64,000 nt of DNA from Eledone cirrhosa (Eukaryota), in NCBI GenBank assembly GCA_964016885.1, contig OZ024741.1, positions 406,348,001 through 406,412,000 of the forward strand, in the 5' to 3' direction. This document shows, one piece after another, positions 41,701 to 54,720 of the stretch; the stretch's first letter is position 1, and each line of letters begins with the position of its first letter. The notes beneath the pieces were generated by a model that made no database searches, was not told the origin of the DNA, and worked only from the letters and a program-made list of their open reading frames with translations. The position numbers and the translations under genes were made by a program.

Positions 41701-44700
41701 TACTGTGAACTTAAAGACAGGGGTTGGTGGACAATGGCATGTAAGGAGGATTGAGTTACTGTGAACTTAAAGACAGAGGTTGGTGGACAATGGCATGTAA
41801 GGAGGATTGAGTTACTGTGAACTTAAAGACAGAGGTTGGTGGACAATGGCATGTAAGGGGGATTGAGTTACTGTGAACTTAAAGACAGAGGTTGGTGGAC
41901 AATGGCATGTGAGGAGGATTGAGTTACTGTGAACTTAAAGACAGAGGTTGGTGGACAATGGCATGTAAGGAGGATTGAGTTACTGTGAACTTAAAGACAG
42001 AGGTTGGTGGACAATGGCATGTAAGGAGGATTGAGTTACTGTGAACTTAAAGACAGAGGTTGGTGAACAATGGCATGTAAGGAGGATTGAGTTACTGTGA
42101 ACTTAAAGACAGAGGTTGGTGGACAATGGCATGTAAGGAGGATTGAGTTACTGTGAACTTAAAGACAGTGTTTGGTGGACAATGGCATGTAAGGAGGATT
42201 GAGTTACTGTGAACTTAAATACAGAGTTTGGTGGACAATGGCATGTAAGGAGGATTGAGTTACTGTGAACTTAAATACAGAGTTTGGTGGACAATGACAT
42301 GTAAGGAGGATTGAGTTACTGTGAACTTAAAGACAGAGGTTGGTGGACAATGGCATGTAAGGGGGATTGAGTTACTGTGAACTTAAATACAGAGTTTGGT
42401 GGACAATGAGATGTAAGGAGGATTCAGTTACTGTGAACTTAAAGACAGAGGTTGGTGGACAGTGGCATGTAAGGGGGATTGAGTTACTGTGAACTTAAAG
42501 AAAGAGGTTGGTGGACAATGGCATGTAAGGAGGATTGAGTTACTGTGAACTTAAATACAGAGTTTGGTGGACAATGGCATGTAAGGAGGATTGAGTTACT
42601 CTGAACTTAAAGACAGAGATTGGTGGACAATGGCATGTAAGGAGGATTGAGTTACTGTGAACTTAAAGACAGAGGTTGGTGGACAATGGCATGTAAGGGG
42701 GATTGAGTTACTGTGAACTTAAAGACAGAGGTTGGTGGACAATGGCATGTAAGGGGGATTGAGTTACTGTGAACTTTAAGACAGAGGTTGGTGGACAATG
42801 GCATGTAAGGAGGATTGAGTTACTGTGAACTTAAAGACAGAGGTTGGTGGACAATGACATGTAAGGAGGAGTGAGTTACTGTGAACTTAGAGACAGAGGT
42901 TGGTGGACAATGGCATGTAAGGAGGATTGAGTTACTGTGAACTTAAAGACAGAGATTGGGGGACAATGGCATGTAAGGAGGAGTGAGTTACTGTGAAGTT
43001 AAAGACAGAGGTTGGTGGACAATGGTATGTATGGAGGATTGAGTTACTGTGAACTTAAAGACAGAGGTTGGTTGACAATGGCATGTAAGGAGGATTGAGT
43101 TACTGTGAACTTAAAGACAGAGGTTGGTGGACAATGGCATGTAAGGAGGATTGAGTTACTGTGAACATAAATACAGAGGTTGGTGGACAATGATATGTAA
43201 GGAGGATTGAATTACTGTGAAATTAAAGACAGTGGTTGGTGGACAATGGCATGTAAGGAGGATTGAGTTACTGTGAACTTAAAGAAAGGGGTTGGTGGAC
43301 AATTGCATGTAAGGGGGATTGAGTTACTGTGAATTTAAAGACAGAGGTTGGTGGACAATATACATGTAAGTGGGATTGAGTTACTGTTAACTTAAAGACA
43401 GAGTTTGTTGGACAATGGTATGTAAGGAGGATTGAGTTACTGTGAACTTAAAGACAGAGGTTGGTGGACAATGACATGTAAGGAGGATTGAGTTACTGTG
43501 AACTTAAAGACAGAGGTTGGTGGACAATGGCATGTAAGGAGGATTGAGTTACTTTAACATAAAGACAGAGGTTGGTGGACAATGGCATGTAAGGGGGATT
43601 GAGTTACTGTGAACTTAAAGACAGAGGTTGGTGGACAATGGCATGTAAGGGGGATTGAGTTACTGTGAACTTAAAGACAGAGGTTGGTGGACAATGGCAT
43701 GTAAGGGGGATTGAGTTACTGTGAACTTAAAGACAGAGGTTGGTGGACAATGGCATGTAAGGAGGATTGAGTTACTGTGAACTTAAAGACAGAGGTTGGT
43801 GGACAATGACATGTAAGGAGGAGTGAGTTACTGTGAACTTAGAGACAGAGGTTGGTGGACAATGGCATGTAAGGAGGATTGAGTTACTGTGAACTTAAAG
43901 ACAGAGATTGGGGGACAATGGCATGTAAGGAGGAGTGAGTTACTGTGAAGTTAAAGACAGAGGTTGGTGGACAATGGTATGTATGGAGGATTGAGTTACT
44001 GTGAACTTAAAGACAGAGGTTGGTTGACAATGGCATGTAAGGAGGATTGAGTTACTGTGAACTTAAAGACAGAGGTTGGTGGACAATGGCATGTAAGGAG
44101 GATTGAGTTACTGTGAACATAAATACAGAGGTTGGTGGACAATGATATGTAAGGAGGATTGAATTACTGTGAAATTAAAGACAGTGGTTGGTGGACAATG
44201 GCATGTAAGGAGGATTGAGTTACTGTGAACTTAAAGAAAGGGGTTGGTGGACAATTGCATGTAAGGGGGATTGAGTTACTGTGAATTTAAAGACAGAGGT
44301 TGGTGGACAATATACATGTAAGTGGGATTGAGTTACTGTTAACTTAAAGACAGAGTTTGTTGGACAATGGTATGTAAGGAGGATTGAGTTACTGTGAACT
44401 TAAAGACAGAGGTTGGTGGACAATGACATGTAAGGAGGATTGAGTTACTGTGAACTTAAAGACAGAGGTTGGTGGACAATGGCATGTAAGGAGGATTGAG
44501 TTACTTTAACATAAAGACAGAGTTTGGTGGACAATGGCATGTAAGGGGGATTGAGTTACTGTGAACTTAAAGACAGAGGTTGGTGGACAATGGCATGTAA
44601 GGAGGATTGAGTTACTGTGAACTTAAATACAGAGTTTGGTGGACAATGGCATGTAAGGAGGATTGAGTTACTCTGAACTTAAAGACAGAGGTTGGTGGAC

Positions 44701-44720
44701 AATGGCATGTAAGGAGGATT
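38720..44720 (+). repeat. Nested higher-order repeat: a 53/54-monomer tandem duplication, each copy containing a tandem pair of a 17-monomer unit
   Basis: The insertion variant CAATATACATG (TATACA) is at 40335, 41287, 43359 and 44311, giving offsets of 952 (17x56) and 3024 (54x56). GTGAGG is at 38941 and 41909 (2968 = 53x56). The TTT of AACTTTAAG is at 39751 and 42775 (3024). Confidence 0.9.
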
Positions 44721-47700
44721 GAGTTACTGTGAACTTAAAGACAGAGGTTGGTGGACAATGGCATGTAAGGGGGATTGAGTTACTGTGAACTTAAAGACAG
44801 AGGTTGGTGGACAATGGCATGTAAGGAGGATTGAGTTACTGTAAACTTAAAGACAGAGGTTGGTGGACAATGACATGTAAGGAGGAGTGAGTTACTGTGA
44901 ACTTAGAGACAGAGGTTGGTGGACAATGGCATGTAAGGAGGATTGAGTTACTGTGAACTTAAAGACAGAGATTGGGGGACAATGGCATGTAAGGAGGGAT
45001 TGAGTTACTGTGAACTTAAAGACAGAGGTTGGTGGACAATGGTATGTATGGAGGATTGAGTTACTGTGAACTTAAAGACAGAGCTTGGTGGACAATGGCA
45101 TATAAGGAGGATTGAGTTACTGTGAACTTAAAGACAGAGGTTGGTGGACAATGGCATGTAAGGGGGATTGAGTTACTGTGAACTTAAAGACAGAGGTTGG
45201 TGGACAATGGCATGTAAGGGGGATTGAGTTACTGTGAACTTAAAGACAGAGGTTGGTGGACAATGGCATATAAGAGGGATTGAGTTACTGTGAACTTAAA
45301 GACAGAGGTTGGTGGACAATGACATGTGAGGGGGATTGAGTTACTGTGAACCTAAAGACAGAGGTTGGTGGACAATGACATGTAAGGAGGATTGAGTTAC
45401 TGTGAACTTAAAGACAGAGGTTGGTTGACAATGGCATGTAAGGGGGATTGAGTTACTGAGAACTTAAAGACAGAGGTTGGTGGACAATGACATGTAAGGA
45501 GGATTGAGTTACTGAGAACTTAAAGACAGAGGTTGGTGGACAATGGCATGTAAGGAGGATTGAGTTACTGTGAACTTAAAGACAGAGGTTGGTTGACAAT
45601 GGCATGTAAGGAGGATTGAGTTACTGTGAACTTAAAGACAGAGGTTGGTGGACAATGGCATGTAAGGAGGATTGAGTTACTGTGAACATAAATACAGAGG
45701 TTGGTGGACAATGATATGTAAGGAGGATTGAATTACTGTGAAATTAAAGACAGTGGTTGGTGGACAATGGCATGTAAGGAGGATTGAGTTACTGTGAACT
45801 TAAAGAAAGGGGTTGGTGGACAATTGCATGTAAGGGGGATTGAGTTACTGTGAATTTAAAGACAGAGGTTGGTGGACAATATACATGTAAGTGGGATTGA
45901 GTTACTGTTAACTTAAAGACAGAGTTTGTTGGACAATGGTATGTAAGGAGGATTGAGTTACTGTGAACTTAAAGACAGAGGTTGGTGGACAATGACATGT
46001 AAGGAGGATTGAGTTACTGTGAACTTAAAGACAGAGGTTGGTGGACAATGGCATGTAAGGAGGATTGAGTTACTTTAACATAAAGACAGAGGTTGGTGGA
46101 CAATGGCATGTAAGGGGGATTGAGTTACTGTGAACTTAAAGACAGAGGTTGGTGGACAATGACATGTAAGGAGGATTGAGTTACTGTGAACTTAAATACA
46201 GAGTTTGGTGGACAATGGCATGTAAGGGGGATTGAGTTACTGTGAACTTAAAGACAGAGGTTGGTGGACAATGACATGTAAGGAGGATTGAGTTACTGTG
46301 AACTTAAAGACAGAGGTTGGTGGACAATGACATGTAAGGAGGATTGAGTTACTGTGAACTTAAAGACAGAGGTTGGTGGACAATGGCATGTAAGGAGGAT
46401 TGAGTTACTGTGAACTTAAAGACAGAGGTTGGTGGACAATGACATGTAAGGAGGAGTGAGTTACTGTGAACTTAGAGACAGAGGTTGGTGGACAATGGCA
46501 TGTAAGGAGGATTGAGTTACTGTGAACTTAAAGACAGAGATTGGGGGACAATGGCATGTAAGGAGGGATTGAGTTACTGTGAACTTAAAGACAGAGGTTG
46601 GTGGACAATGGTATGTATGGAGGATTGAGTTACTGTGAACTTAAAGACAGAGCTTGGTGGACAATGGCATATAAGGAGGATTGAGTTACTGTGAACTTAA
46701 AGACAGAGGTTGGTGGACAATGGCATGTAAGGGGGATTGAGTTACTGTGAACTTAAAGACAGAGGTTGGTGGACAATGGCATGTAAGGGGGATTGAGTTA
46801 CTGTGAACTTAAAGACAGAGGTTGGTGGACAATGGCATATAAGAGGGATTGAGTTACTGTGAACTTAAAGACAGAGGTTGGTGGACAATGACATGTGAGG
46901 GGGATTGAGTTACTGTGAACCTAAAGACAGAGGTTGGTGGACAATGACATGTAAGGAGGATTGAGTTACTGTGAACTTAAAGACAGAGGTTGGTTGACAA
47001 TGGCATGTAAGGGGGATTGAGTTACTGAGAACTTAAAGACAGAGGTTGGTGGACAATGACATGTAAGGAGGATTGAGTTACTGAGAACTTAAAGACAGAG
47101 GTTGGTGGACAATGACATGTAAGGAGGATTGAGTTACTGTGAACCTAAAGACAGAGGTTGGTGGACAATGGCATGTAAGGAGGATTGAGTTACTGTGAAC
47201 TTAAAGACAGAGGTTGGTTGACAATGGCATGTAAGGAGGATTGAGTTACTGTGAACTTAAAGACAGAGGTTGGTGGACAATGGCATGTAAGGAGGATTGA
47301 GTTACTGTGAACATAAATACAGAGGTTGGTGGACAATGATATGTAAGGAGGATTGAATTACTGTGAAATTAAAGACAGTGGTTGGTGGACAATGGCATGT
47401 AAGGAGGATTGAGTTACTGTGAACTTAAAGAAAGGGGTTGGTGGACAATTGCATGTAAGGGGGATTGAGTTACTGTGAATTTAAAGACAGAGGTTGGTGG
47501 ACAATATACATGTAAGTGGGATTGAGTTACTGTTAACTTAAAGACAGAGTTTGTTGGACAATGGTATGTAAGGAGGATTGAGTTACTGTGAACTTAAAGA
47601 CAGAGGTTGGTGGACAATGACATGTAAGGAGGATTGAGTTACTGTGAACTTAAAGACAGAGGTTGGTGGACAATGGCATGTAAGGAGGATTGAGTTACTT

Positions 47701-50529
47701 TAACATAAAGACAGAGGTTGGTGGACAATGGCATGTAAGGGGGATTGAGTTACTGTGAACTTAAAGACAGAGGTTGGTGGACAATGACATGTAAGGAGGA
47801 TTGAGTTACTGTGAACTTAAATACAGAGTTTGGTGGACAATGGCATGTAAGGGGGATTGAGTTACTGTGAACTTAAAGACAGAGGTTGGTGGACAATGAC
47901 ATGTAAGGAGGATTGAGTTACTGTGAACTTAAAGACAGAGGTTGGTGGACAATGACATGTAAGGAGGATTGAGTTACTGTGAACTTAAAGACAGAGGTTG
48001 GTGGACAATGGCATGTAAGGAGGATTGAGTTACTGTGAACTTAAAGACAGAGGTTGGTGGACAATGACATGTAAGGAGGAGTGAGTTACTGTGAACTTAA
48101 AGACAGAGGTTGGTGGACAATGACATGTTAGGAGGATTGAGTTACTGTGAACTTAAAGACAGAGGTTGGTGGACAATGACATGTAAGGAGGATTGAGTTA
48201 CTGTGAACTTAAATACAGAGTTTGGTGGACAATGGCATGTAAGGGGGATTGAGTTACTGTGAACTTAAAGACAGAGGTTGGTGGACAATGGCATGTAAGG
48301 AGGATTGAGTTACTTTAACATAAAGACAGAGGTTGGGGGACAATGGCATGTAAAGAGGATTGAGTTACTGTGAACTTAAAGACAGAGGTTGGTGGACAAT
48401 GGCATGTAAGGAGGATTGAGTTACTGTGAACTTAAAGACAGAGGTTGGTGGACAATGGCATGTAAGGAGGATTGAGTTACTGTGAACTTAAAGACAGAGG
48501 TTGGTGGACAATGGCATGTAAGGAGGATTGAGTTACTGTGAACTTAAAGACAGTGTTTGGTGGACAATGGCATGTAAGGAGGATTGAGTTACTGTGAACT
48601 TAAATACAGAGTTTGGTGGACAATGGCATGTAAGGAGGATTGAGTTACTGTGAACTTAAATACAGAGTTTGGTGGACAATGACATGTAAGGAGGATTGAG
48701 TTACTGTGAACTTAAAGACAGAGGTTGGTGGACAATGGCATGTAAGGGGGATTGAGTTACTGTGAACTTAAATACAGAGTTTGGTGGACAATGACATGTA
48801 AGGAGGATTGAGTTACTGTGAACTTAAAGACAGATGTTGGTGGACAGTGGCATGTAAGGGGGATTGAGTTACTGTGAACTTAAAGAAAGAGGTTGGTGGA
48901 CAATGGCATGTAAGGAGGATTGAGTTACTGTGAACTTAAATACAGAGTTTGGTGGACAATGGCATGTAAGGAGGATTGAGTTACTCTGAACTTAAAGACA
49001 GAGGTTGGTGGACAATGGCATGTAAGGAGGATTGAGTTACTGTGAACTTAAAGACAGAGGTTGGTGGACAATGGCATGTAAGGGGGATTGAGTTACTGTG
49101 AACTTAAAGACAGAGGTTGGTGGACAATGGCATGTAAGGGGGATTGAGTTACTGTGAACTTAAAGACAGAGGTTGGTGGACAATGGCATGTAAGGAGGAT
49201 TGAGTTACTGTGAACTTAAAGACAGAGGTTGGTGGACAATGACATGTAAGGAGGAGTGAGTTACTGTGAACTTAGAGACAGAGGTTGGTGGACAATGGCA
49301 TGTAAGGAGGATTGAGTTACTGTGAACTTAAAGACAGAGATTGGGGGACAATGGCATGTAAGGAGGAGTGAGTTACTGTGAACTTAAAGACAGAGGTTGG
49401 TGGACAAGGGTATGTATGGAGGATTGAGTTACTGTGAACTTAAAGACAGAGCTTGGTGGACAATGGCATATAAGGAGGATTGAGTTACTGTGAACTTAAA
49501 GACAGAGGTTGGTGGACAATGGCATGTAAGGGGGATTGAGTTACTGTGAACTTAAAGACAGAGGTTGGTGGACAATGGCATGTAAGGGGGATTGAGTTAC
49601 TGTGAACTTAAAGACAGAGGTTGGTGGACAATGGCATATAAGAGGGATTGAGTTACTGTGAACTTAAAGACAGAGGTTGGTGGACAATGACATGTGAGGG
49701 GGATTGAGTTACTGTGAACCTAAAGACAGAGGTTGGTGGACAATGACATGTAAGGAGGATTAAGTTACTGTGAACTTAAAGACAGAGGTTGGTTGACAAT
49801 GGCATGTAAGGGGGATTGAGTTACTGAGAACTTAAAGACAGAGGTTGGTGGACAATGACATGTAAGGAGGATTGAGTTACTGAGAACTTAAAGACAGAGG
49901 TTGGTGGACAATGACATGTAAGGAGGATTGAGTTACTGTGAACCTAAAGACAGAGGTTGGTGGACAATGGCATGTAAGGAGGATTGAGTTACTGTGAACT
50001 TAAAGACAGAGGTTGGTTGACAATGGCATGTAAGGAGGATTGAGTTACTGTGAACTTAAAGACAGAGGTTGGTGGACAATGGCATGTAAGGAGGATTGAG
50101 TTACTGTGAACATAAATACAGAGGTTGCTGGACAATGATATGTAAGGAGGATTGAATTACTGTGAAATTAAAGACAGTGGTTGGTGGACAATGGCATGTA
50201 AGGAGGATTGAGTTACTGTGAACTTAAAGAAAGGGGTTGGTGGACAATTGCATGTAAGGGGGATTGAGTTACTGTGAATTTAAAGACAGAGGTTGGTGGA
50301 CAATATACATGTAAGTGGGATTGAGTTACTGTTAACTTAAAGACAGAGTTTGTTGGACAATGGTATGTAAGGAGGATTGAGTTACTGTGAACTTAAAGAC
50401 AGAGGTTGGTGGACAATGACATGTAAGGAGGATTGAGTTACTGTGAACTTAAAGACAGAGGTTGGTGGACAATGGCATGTAAGGAGGATTGAGTTACTTT
50501 AACATAAAGACAGAGGTTGGTGGACAATG

Positions 50530-53500
50530 GCATGTAAGGGGGATTGAGTTACTGTGAACTTAAAGACAGAGGTTGGTGGACAATGACATGTAAGGAGGAT
50601 TGAGTTACTGTGAACTTAAATACAGAGTTTGGTGGACAATGGCATGTAAGGGGGATTGAGTTACTGTGAACTTAAAGACAGAGGTTGGTGGACAATGGCA
50701 TGTAAGGAGGATTGAGTTACTGTGAACTTAAAGACAGAGGTTGGTGGACAATGACATGTAAGGAAGATTGAGTTACTGTGAACATAAAGACAGAGGTTGG
50801 TGGACAATGACATGTAAGGAGGATTGAGTTACTGTGAACTTAAAGACAGAGGTTGGTGGACAATGGCATGTAAGGAGGATTGAGTTACTGTGAACTTAAA
50901 GACAGAGGTTGGTGGACAATGGCATGTAAGGAGGATTGAGTTACTGTAAACTGAAAGACAGAGGTTGGTGGACAATAGCATGTAAGGAGGTTTGAGTTAC
51001 TGTGAACTTAAAGACAGAGGTTGGTGGACAATGACATGTAAGGAGGAGTGAGTTACTGTGAACTTAAAGACAGATGTTGGTGGAGAATGACATGTTAGGA
51101 GGATTGAGTTACTGTGAACTTAAAGACAGAGGTTGGTGGACAATGACATGTAAGGAGGATTGAGTTACTGTGAACTTAAAGACAGAGTTTGGTGGACAAT
51201 GGCATGTAAGGGGGATTGAGTTACTGTGAACTTAAAGACAGAGGTTGGTGGATAATGGCATGTAAGGAGGATTGAGTTACTGTGAACTTAAAGACAGAGG
51301 TTGGTGGACAATGGCATGTAAGGAGGATTGAGTTACTGTGAACTTAAAGACAGTGTTTGGTGGACAATGGCATGTAAGGAGGATTGAGTTACTGTGAACT
51401 TAAATACAGAGTTTGGTGGACAATGGCATGTAAGGAGGATTGAGTTACTGTGAACTTAAATACAGAGTTTGGTGGACAATGACATGTAAGGAGGATTGAG
51501 TTACTGTGAACTTAAAGACAGAGGTTGGTGGACAGTGGCATGTAAGGGGGATTGAGATACTGTGAACTTAAAGAAAGAGGTTGGTGGACAATGGCATGTA
51601 AGGAGGATTGAGTTACTGTGAACTTAAATACAGAGTTTGGTGGACAATGGCATGTAAGGAGGATTGAGTTACTGTGAACTTAAAGACAGAGGTTGGTGGA
51701 CAATGGCATGTAAGGAGGATTGAGTTACTGTGAACTTAAAGACAGAGTTTGGTGGACAATGGCATGTAAGGAGGATTGAGTTACTGTGAACATAAAGACA
51801 GAGGTTGGTGGACAATGGCATATAAGGGGGATTGGGTTACTGTAAAATTAAAGACAGAGGTTGGTGGACAATGGCATGTAAGGGGGATTGAGTTACTGTG
51901 AACTTAAAGACAGAGGTTGGTGGACAATGGCATGTAAGGAGGAGTGAGTTACTGTGAACTTAAAGACAGAGGTTGGTGGACAAGGGTATGTATGGAGGAT
52001 TGAGTTACTGTGAACTTAAAGACAGAGGTTGGTGGACAATGGCATGTAAGGGGGATTGAGTTACTGTGAACTTAAAGACAGAGGTTGGTGGACAATGGCA
52101 TATAAGGGGGATTGGGTTACTGTGAACTTAAAGACAGAGGTTGGTGGACAATGGCATGTAAGGGGGATTGAGTTACTGTGAACTTAAAGACAGAGGTTGG
52201 TGGACAATGGCATGTAAGGAGGATTGAGTTACTGTGAACTTAAAGACAGAGTTTGGTGGACAATGGCATGTAAGGAGGATTGAGTTACTGTGAACATAAA
52301 GACAGAGGTTGGTGGACAATGGCATGTAAGGAGGATTGAGTTACTGTGAACTTAAAGACAGAGGTTCGTGGACAATGGCATATAAGGGGGATTGGGTTAG
52401 TGTGAACTTAAAGACAGAGGTTGGTGGACAATGGCATGTAAGGGGGATTGTGTTACTGTGAACTTAAAGACAGAGGTTGGTGGACAATGGCATGTAAGGA
52501 GGATTGAGTTACTGTGAACTTAAAGACAGAGGTTGGTGGACAATGGCATATAAGGGGGATTGGGTTACTGTAAAATTAAAGACAGAGGTTGGTGGACAAT
52601 GGCATGTAAGGGGGATTGAGTTACTGTGAACTTAAAGACAGAGGTTGGTGGACAATGACATGTAAGGAGGATTGAGTTACTGTGAACTTAAATACAGAGT
52701 TTGGTGGACAATGGCATGTAAGGGGGATTGAGTTACTGTGAACTTAAAGACAGAGGTTGGTGGACAATGGCATGTAAGGAGGATTGAGTTACTGTGAACT
52801 TAAAGACAGAGGTTGGTGGACAATGACATGTAAGGAGGATTGAGTTACTGTGAACATAAAGACAGAGGTTGGTGGACAATGACATGTAAGGAGGATTGAG
52901 TTACTGTGAACTTAAAGACAGAGGTTGGTGGACAATGGCATGTAAGGAGGATTGAGTTACTGTGAACTTAAAGACAGAGGTTGGTGGACAATGGCATGTA
53001 AGGAGGATTGAGTTACTGTAAACTGAAAGACAGAGGTTGGTGGACAATAGCATGTAAGGAGGTTTGAGTTACTGTGAACTTAAAGACAGAGGTTGGTGGA
53101 CAATGACATGTAAGGAGGAGTGAGTTACTGTGAACTTAAAGACAGATGTTGGTGGAGAATGACATGTTAGGAGGATTGAGTTACTGTGAACTTAAAGACA
53201 GAGGTTGGTGGACAATGACATGTAAGGAGGATTGAGTTACTGTGAACTTAAAGACAGAGTTTGGTGGACAATGGCATGTAAGGGGGATTGAGTTACTGTG
53301 AACTTAAAGACAGAGGTTGGTGGATAATGGCATGTAAGGAGGATTGAGTTACTGTGAACTTAAAGACAGAGGTTGGTGGACAATGGCATGTAAGGAGGAT
53401 TGAGTTACTGTGAACTTAAAGACAGTGTTTGGTGGACAATGGCATGTAAGGAGGATTGAGTTACTGTGAACTTAAATACAGAGTTTGGTGGACAATGGCA

Positions 53501-54720
53501 TGTAAGGAGGATTGAGTTACTGTGAACTTAAATACAGAGTTTGGTGGACAATGACATGTAAGGAGGATTGAGTTACTGTGAACTTAAAGACAGAGGTTGG
53601 TGGACAGTGGCATGTAAGGGGGATTGAGATACTGTGAACTTAAAGAAAGAGGTTGGTGGACAATGGCATGTAAGGAGGATTGAGTTACTGTGAACTTAAA
53701 TACAGAGTTTGGTGGACAATGGCATGTAAGGAGGATTGAGTTACTGTGAACTTAAAGACAGAGGTTGGTGGACAATGGCATGTAAGGAGGATTGAGTTAC
53801 TGTGAACTTAAAGACAGAGTTTGGTGGACAATGGCATGTAAGGAGGATTGAGTTACTGTGAACATAAAGACAGAGGTTGGTGGACAATGGCATATAAGGG
53901 GGATTGGGTTACTGTAAAATTAAAGACAGAGGTTGGTGGACAATGGCATGTAAGGGGGATTGAGTTACTGTGAACTTAAAGACAGAGGTTGGTGGACAAT
54001 GGCATGTAAGGAGGAGTGAGTTACTGTGAACTTAAAGACAGAGGTTGGTGGACAAGGGTATGTATGGAGGATTGAGTTACTGTGAACTTAAAGACAGAGG
54101 TTGGTGGACAATGGCATGTAAGGGGGATTGAGTTACTGTGAACTTAAAGACAGATGTTGGTGGACAATGGCATATAAGGGGGATTGGGTTACTGTGAACT
54201 TAAAGACAGAGGTTGGTGGACAATGGCATGTAAGGGGGATTGAGTTACTGTGAACTTAAAGACAGAGGTTGGTGGACAATGGCATGTAAGGAGGATTGAG
54301 TTACTGTGAACTTAAAGACAGAGTTTGGTGGACAATGGCATGTAAGGAGGATTGAGTTACTGTGAACATAAAGACAGAGGTTGGTGGACAATGGCATGTA
54401 AGGAGGATTGAGTTACTGTGAACTTAAAGACAGAGGTTCGTGGACAATGGCATATAAGGGGGATTGGGTTAGTGTGAACTTAAAGACAGAGGTTGGTGGA
54501 CAATGGCATGTAAGGGGGATTGTGTTACTGTGAACTTAAAGACAGAGGTTGGTGGACAATGGCATGTAAGGAGGATTGAGTTACTGTGAACTTAAAGACA
54601 GAGGTTGGTGGACAATGGCATATAAGGGGGATTGGGTTACTGTAAAATTAAAGACAGAGGTTGGTGGACAATGGCATGTAAGGGGGATTGAGTTACTGTG
54701 AACTTAAAGACAGAGGTTGG
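50530..54720 (+). repeat. Tandem duplication, 37-monomer period (2072 bp)
   Basis: The CTGAAA of GTAAACTGAAAG is at 50951 and 53023. The C of GGTTCGTGG is at 52367 and 54439. Offset 2072 = 37x56. Confidence 0.92.
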
